In this document: positions 27,403 to 32,000 of the stretch, one piece after another
How positions within the stretch are numbered: position 1 is the first letter of the stretch
Layout of the letters: each line of letters begins with the position of its first letter
DNA from: Pseudoalteromonas tetraodonis
GTDB lineage: Bacteria; Pseudomonadota; Gammaproteobacteria; Enterobacterales; Alteromonadaceae
Reading direction: 5' to 3'
Length of the DNA: 32,000 bases
Assembly (NCBI RefSeq): GCF_002310835.1
Contig: NZ_CP011041.1
Span: 690,001 to 722,000 of the forward strand
Made by a program: the position numbers and the translations under genes
The notes under the pieces: model-generated
Database searches by the model: none
Seen by the model: the letters and a program-made list of their open reading frames with translations, nothing else
Told to the model about the DNA's origin: nothing

Positions 27403-27433
27403 AAAAAAAGCGTTACAGTGTAACGCTTTTTTT
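27403..27433. terminator. Bidirectional rho-independent terminator (AAAAAAAGCGTTAC-AGT-GTAACGCTTTTTTT)
   Basis: Perfect 14-bp inverted repeat with flanking A and T runs, between the convergent DUF442 and M49-like genes. Confidence 0.75.
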
Positions 27434-27455
27434 ATGAGAGCTAATTTAGCGCATA

Positions 27456-29156
27456 TTAATTAAGGCCAAGTACATCTTTACCTTGTTTGAAGGTTACATC
27501 TACAGGGATGTTCGCTTTGCTTAACTTTTCTAAATCTTTAGCTAGTTCCGCTTTAATATCGCCATGAGTTGCAATCAGTTGATCAACTTTTTCGTAATCA
27601 CCGTCACCTTGCAGGGTTAAAATAAGGCGCGATAATTTAGCCATAGCGTCGCCCATTTTATCCATGTTGATGCTATACAAGCCGTCTTCATTTTTAGAGA
27701 AGGCACCTTCTTGAGCAAAAAAGTTAAAGCGGATCATGTTTGCTTTACCATGTGCACTTGATGCACCGAAACGCACAGAGCGGAAAATACCCGCCATAAA
27801 GGTGGTGTAGTAATCTTCTAACGTCCCTTCAGTGATTTCCCCTTTTTTAAGTAACTGTTCAACCATGTACAGACCAAGAATATCTGCTTTACCTTCTTCC
27901 AAGGCGCTAGCATGCTCTTGTAGAGATTGGCGAACGGTACCTTTGCCGGTAATAGTATTTTTAATACCTAAACCGTGAGCTACTTCATGGAACATAGTGT
28001 TAGCAAAAAATGCATCAAAGGTAATGTGTTTACGTTGCTCTGGCACAATTAACTGCTCTGCGATAGGGACTAAAATTTTATCAAACTTCGCTCGCATTGC
28101 ATTTTTAAGCTGTAAGCGACGTGTGCCTTTTTCTAGCTGTACTTGCTCATCATTTGGTAAGTTAATTGCAATGGTTTTACTGCCGGCATTTGAGTGCCCA
28201 GCATAATAAACAACATCGTAGGCATTTAAGTCAGCATCTGAGCCAGGTACTTCTTGCTTGTACTTGCTATCAACAGGTAAGCCTTTTTGCAGCTCAGGTA
28301 AAAAGGCAGCAAATTTAGCCAGGCGTTCGCTCCATTTTAAATCTTTAATTAGTACATACGATTCATAGGCAGCACGGTAACCAAATAATTGGTCTTCGTA
28401 GTTTTCAATTGGGCCAATAACAACATCGATAGGATTATTTTTCATATCCATCCAAGCAAAGTCAGAGGCTTGGAAATCATCGCTTTGTATTGCGTCAGCT
28501 CGTAAGTTTAGGTAGTTGGCAAATTCTTTGTCGTCAGCTAATTTGCTAGCGTCTCTAAGTAACTTAGCTGTTTGGGCAAGTTCTACGGCATATTCTTCTG
28601 AATAAGGCGTGCTGTATAAATTACCTAGTTCATCGCGTTTAATAAGTGAGTAAAGCCCTGTTTTATCTTTTACATCAGCGTTATTAAGCTCTTCTTTGGT
28701 GATGTCGGCCGGATAAAAACCTGCCCCAAGCGGCTTTTCTTTGTAGCCAGATAAAAATACTTCATCGCCATTTAAGCGATCCCATGGGCCGTAGTTTATA
28801 TCTGCAAACTGACGTACTTTTTCATCATCTAATTGTGCTAAAAAGCTTTGTTTATCTTCACCAAATGCTTGTTTCCAAAATAAATCGTCCATAATTTTTG
28901 AAGCATCAATAAGCTTGGCAACCATGGCTTTTTGGTTCTCAGATAAGTGTGACAAATCGCTTTGTAAGCTAAAGTCTGTGTATATGTCTAAGCGTTGACG
29001 GTCAATATTAACGAGTGTTGGCCCAGAAGGCGCTTGAGAAGCCGTTGGCGCTGAGCTTTGCGGCGTATTGTTTGAAGACGGTGCTTGCTCAGAACAGGCA
29101 CTAAGAAAAACGATGCCAGAGAGCAGTATTGCTTGGCTAATTTTATTTAAGATCAT
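27456..29156 (-). CDS. Zn-metallopeptidase lipoprotein of the atypical dipeptidyl-peptidase III (M49-like) group
   Basis: Lipobox LSAC at residues 18-21, followed by a Ser/Pro/Gln-rich linker. Zinc motifs HEVAH (residues 390-394) and EEGKAD (420-425) are spaced as in M49 enzymes (HEXXGH...EEXR/KAE/D), but the first motif is a pentapeptide. Confidence 0.62.
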   Translation of the reverse strand: MILNKISQAILLSGIVFLSACSEQAPSSNNTPQSSAPTASQAPSGPTLVNIDRQRLDIYTDFSLQSDLSHLSENQKAMVAKLIDASKIMDDLFWKQAFGEDKQSFLAQLDDEKVRQFADINYGPWDRLNGDEVFLSGYKEKPLGAGFYPADITKEELNNADVKDKTGLYSLIKRDELGNLYSTPYSEEYAVELAQTAKLLRDASKLADDKEFANYLNLRADAIQSDDFQASDFAWMDMKNNPIDVVIGPIENYEDQLFGYRAAYESYVLIKDLKWSERLAKFAAFLPELQKGLPVDSKYKQEVPGSDADLNAYDVVYYAGHSNAGSKTIAINLPNDEQVQLEKGTRRLQLKNAMRAKFDKILVPIAEQLIVPEQRKHITFDAFFANTMFHEVAHGLGIKNTITGKGTVRQSLQEHASALEEGKADILGLYMVEQLLKKGEITEGTLEDYYTTFMAGIFRSVRFGASSAHGKANMIRFNFFAQEGAFSKNEDGLYSINMDKMGDAMAKLSRLILTLQGDGDYEKVDQLIATHGDIKAELAKDLEKLSKANIPVDVTFKQGKDVLGLN

Positions 29157-29436
29157 TATATTGCCTTTAAAAAGTCTATTTTATAACTTGTATACTGTAA
29201 GTTAAGGTACTGAATGAGTATTAGTGTGCCTTAGCATGCTTGCATTAAAGCAAAACATACTAGCAAATAGCAAGTATTAGACGTTAGAGTGCACTAATGA
29301 GGGGTCGCTGGTAAATAATCAATAATTATCTACAATTCTTTCTATTTTAGGTATATGTTTAATACTACTAAGCTTTGAAATAATTAATAATATAAGACTT
29401 GCTGTAAAGTGTAGGTCATTAAGCAAAGGGATATTT

Positions 29437-30276
29437 ATGTCTACAGAAAATGCCTTACTCACTATTTTAGTTGACAGAATTAACAACGACACACTGGTGT
29501 TACCTACGTTACCTGAGGTAGCGATTAAGGTTCGCCAAGCCGCAGATAACCCCGATGTTAATTTGATGCAAATGTCAGATGTGATAGCACATGATCCTGC
29601 ATTGTCGGCGCGGATGATCAAAGTCGCAAATAGTGCAATTATGGGCCGAGCTGTAAAGGTGTCTAACTTGCACCAAGCCGTTACACGTATTGGGCTTAGG
29701 CAAATAAAAAATATTGCCACAGCCATGGCGATGGAGCAGTTATTTGTATCTAACAACGAGTTAATAAAAGGCTACATGGGAAAGGCGTGGCATAAAACGC
29801 TGCATGTGGCCTCGCACTCTATTTCATTAATGGAGTTTTACTTAAAAAGAAATACCCATACATCGCTAAATCGCGATGCCATTACATTAGCTTCATTAGT
29901 TTATAATATTGGGGTGTTACCCATTTTAACTGAAGCAGAGCGTCACCCTGAAGTGTTTGCAAGCCCCAGCTTTTTAGCCCATGCGATTCAACGTTTAAGT
30001 GGTAAAATTGGTGGTTCAATCATGAAAGCGTGGGAATTTCCTGATGTGTTTGTTGAGGTCGCGCAGCACTGGGCAGATGTGAATCATCGTACTGCTGAGG
30101 TGAGTTATATCGACTTCATTCGTGTTGGTGCAATCCTTGAGGGAACCTTACAAGTATCTGATAAGTCAGCAGCGCTGCAAACGTATATTGATAAAGGCAT
30201 ATTTTCTTCATTAGAAATGTTAGAGAGTGAAGAGTATTTGCATATGGTTGAAGACGTAAAAGAAATGTTTAGTTAA
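29437..30276 (+). CDS. HDOD-domain signalling protein
   Basis: LPTLPEVAIKVRQAADNPDVNLMQMSDVIAHDPALSARMIKVANSA is the typical HDOD N-terminal signature. 279 aa. Confidence 0.85.
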   Translation: MSTENALLTILVDRINNDTLVLPTLPEVAIKVRQAADNPDVNLMQMSDVIAHDPALSARMIKVANSAIMGRAVKVSNLHQAVTRIGLRQIKNIATAMAMEQLFVSNNELIKGYMGKAWHKTLHVASHSISLMEFYLKRNTHTSLNRDAITLASLVYNIGVLPILTEAERHPEVFASPSFLAHAIQRLSGKIGGSIMKAWEFPDVFVEVAQHWADVNHRTAEVSYIDFIRVGAILEGTLQVSDKSAALQTYIDKGIFSSLEMLESEEYLHMVEDVKEMFS

Positions 30277-30456
30277 TACCAATTTTATTAAAAACATGAT
30301 TATTCTAGCGTATTAAATAATCCGCTACCTGCGTTAAAAATTATTTATATAGAACAACTATGTATCATAATTTTTGCCTTGTTATCGACTTATTTCTTTG
30401 TCGCTATAATAGATCACTAATTTAATGCAATTGGTATAACTTGTTTTTGAACAATA

Positions 30457-30488
30457 AAAAGCACGATTAATACCGTGCTTTTATTTTT
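30457..30488. terminator. Bidirectional rho-independent terminator (AAAAGCACG-ATTAATAC-CGTGCTTTT followed by ATTTTT)
   Basis: 9-bp stem with U-tracts available on both strands. It lies 20 nt downstream of the rdgC stop (minus strand) and about 180 nt after the HDOD gene stop (plus strand). Confidence 0.7.
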
Positions 30489-30508
30489 AATACTATTTAA
30501 TAAAGCTT

Positions 30509-31435
30509 TTACGCTAAATCGTCAGCATCACCTAAGCCCTGTGTAAGCTCTTCTAGCAATTGCTTAATTTCTTCAGATGCAAGAATAAAATCAGCATCTA
30601 GTTTAACCGCCATATCTTCTTTAGGAATATCGGCATTTTCTTCTTTAAGTGTTTCTGAATAGCTTAAACGTTTAATTGAGCCATCGTTTTGTAGCATAAA
30701 TTTAACGCGCTCTTGCCAATCAAGGGCAAGCTTAGTAACGCGCTTACCACTTTCAAGGTGCGACTTCACTTCGTCACACGATAGGTCATGGCCTTTGAGT
30801 TTTACCTGAGCACCACTGTCATCAGCTTCTTCAAGTTCAGCGTCTGATCCAATTGCAAAGCCCTCTGGAGTACTAAAGTTAGTAAGCCAGTCAGTTAAAA
30901 ATACGTCTAAATCATAATTAGCAAACGCAGGAACAACGGGTAATGTCCCTAATGATTTACGTAATAGAGCAAGTAGTTCCTCTGCTTTATTAAAGCTTGC
31001 ACTATTAACTACCACCCACCCATTTTCTTGGTCTATAAAAGCAAACTGCAAGCTCGATTTTTTAAATGCTTGTGGCAATAAGGTGTGTAAGATGTTTTCT
31101 TTTAATTCATCTTTTTCTTTTTTCTTTACTGGGCGATTTTCTTCGGCTTCAATCTGATCAACTTTTTCTGCTACCAGCTCATTTATTACCGAGGCTGGTA
31201 ATACTTTTTCTTCACGTTTAGCGCACACTAAAATACTTTTTTGTGAGAAATGAGACAGAGTTTCACCATGTTTACCAAATGCTTTTGTCCAACCAAATGT
31301 TGCCAACTCTTGGCCAGTACAAGGACGAAATAGATCTTGCTCTAATGCCTTATCAAAGTCTTCTTGTGTGTATGAAACGTCTTGTTTAAAGCGATAGCAT
31401 ATAAGGTTACTAAACCACATAGGGGAATGATCCAT
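30509..31435 (-). CDS. rdgC: Recombination-associated protein RdgC
   Basis: MWFSNLICYRF matches the conserved RdgC N-terminus (MWFKNL..YR). About 303 aa counted from that Met. By homology the true start may be ATG 31420 rather than the track start at 31435. Confidence 0.9.
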   Translation of the reverse strand: MDHSPMWFSNLICYRFKQDVSYTQEDFDKALEQDLFRPCTGQELATFGWTKAFGKHGETLSHFSQKSILVCAKREEKVLPASVINELVAEKVDQIEAEENRPVKKKEKDELKENILHTLLPQAFKKSSLQFAFIDQENGWVVVNSASFNKAEELLALLRKSLGTLPVVPAFANYDLDVFLTDWLTNFSTPEGFAIGSDAELEEADDSGAQVKLKGHDLSCDEVKSHLESGKRVTKLALDWQERVKFMLQNDGSIKRLSYSETLKEENADIPKEDMAVKLDADFILASEEIKQLLEELTQGLGDADDLA

Positions 31436-31493
31436 TTAAAAAATTTGTGCAATCATAGCAATAAAAGCCGCTTCTAGAAACGGCTGATTTAGC

Positions 31494-32000
31494 TTAATCG
31501 AGTTTAAAAAGTGGCAGGGGAGATGACATGTTTTTAGGGAACGAAATACGGTAGTGTAACCCTTGCCCAGGCTCACTACTTACTTCAATTTTACCATTGA
31601 GCGTTTGTTTTACTAGATTAAAAATAATATGAGCACCTAAGCCGCTGCCACCCTCATCACGCTTGGTGGTAAAAAATGGGTCAAATAAACGCTTTAGTTG
31701 AGCCGGTTTTAAACCTAAACCGTTATCTTGATAATTAATGATGAGGTCGTTTTCATCAGTATTCACATCTATGGTGATTTGGCCGCTGTTTATATTTTCA
31801 AAACCATGCACTAATGAGTTCATAATTAGGTTCGTAAATATTTGGCTAATGACTCCCGCAGGTAAGTTAATAATTAAATCATCTGGGCAATGTAGGCGAA
31901 TGCTGTGAGATGTTTTTTTAATTTGTGGGTGCAAAGAGCGTATAACTTCGTTGATGTAGTCTTTAAAGTTAATTGTTCTTAGAGCTTCACTGGCCTGATC
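31494..32000 (-). CDS. Sensor histidine kinase, C-terminal HATPase_c part; 5' end lies outside the window
   Basis: The reading frame is open to the window edge (the track's M is an internal TTG). N-box IFTNLIMNSLVHGF. G1 DNGLGL. G2 GGSGLGAHIIFN. Confidence 0.82.
   Translation of the reverse strand, partial: DQASEALRTINFKDYINEVIRSLHPQIKKTSHSIRLHCPDDLIINLPAGVISQIFTNLIMNSLVHGFENINSGQITIDVNTDENDLIINYQDNGLGLKPAQLKRLFDPFFTTKRDEGGSGLGAHIIFNLVKQTLNGKIEVSSEPGQGLHYRISFPKNMSSPLPLFKLD

Noticed and set aside
30275-30440. 8-bp inverted repeat TACCAATT ... AATTGGTA flanking the HDOD-rdgC spacer, considered as possible termini of a miniature mobile element
   Set aside because: It is only 8 bp in AT-rich DNA, with no target-site duplication and no second copy in the window. 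This is compatible with chance.
1-32000. Search for CRISPR repeats, integron attC sites, IS or transposon ends, prophage or defence-system genes, and tRNA/rRNA
   Set aside because: Nothing of these kinds was visible. Every long ORF has a housekeeping, metabolic or signalling assignment. The only repeated element is the LacI operator pair.

Overview
AT-rich (about 40% GC by eye) chromosomal segment that looks like a marine gammaproteobacterium. The gene content and an ExoP-like GH3 enzyme suggest Alteromonadales/Pseudoalteromonas, but that is inference, not a search result. I support about 30 protein-coding genes. I saw no rRNA, tRNA, CRISPR array, transposase, integrase or phage genes, so most of the window is ordinary core or metabolic DNA. 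Main blocks: (1) 1-1970: tail of an NMO-like enzyme, a Crp/Fnr regulator, a YgjV-like membrane protein and a Nudix hydrolase. (2) 2198-7718: a tightly packed five-gene signalling operon, in order a sigma-54 enhancer-binding response regulator, a 69-aa stand-alone DHp/H-box mini-protein, a CHASE3 histidine kinase, a single-domain receiver, and a REC-HK-REC-REC hybrid kinase with no HPt domain. (3) 7751-15492: a divergent beta-glucoside/beta-glucan utilisation locus (LacI, GPH symporter and GH1 on the minus strand; GluP-type MFS and exported GH3 on the plus strand). Two near-identical LacI-type palindromes lie exactly 60 bp apart in the shared control region. (4) 15735-18840: FAH-family enzyme, orphan periplasmic binding-protein-like gene, Tas-like aldo-keto reductase and a hotdog thioesterase. 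(5) 19157-20461: an unlisted 58-aa membrane ORF, a canonical SOS box and dinB. (6) 20572-29156: a peptidase-rich stretch (M17, S9B DPP-IV, atypical M49-like lipoprotein) interleaved with an sCache chemoreceptor, a HIT protein and a DUF442 phosphatase-fold protein. (7) 29437-32000: HDOD protein, rdgC and the tail of a histidine kinase. The best candidate for something not well described is the DHp-only mini-protein inside a phosphorelay that otherwise lacks a histidine phosphotransfer module. I found no defence island or mobile element. All family assignments come from motif recognition by eye.
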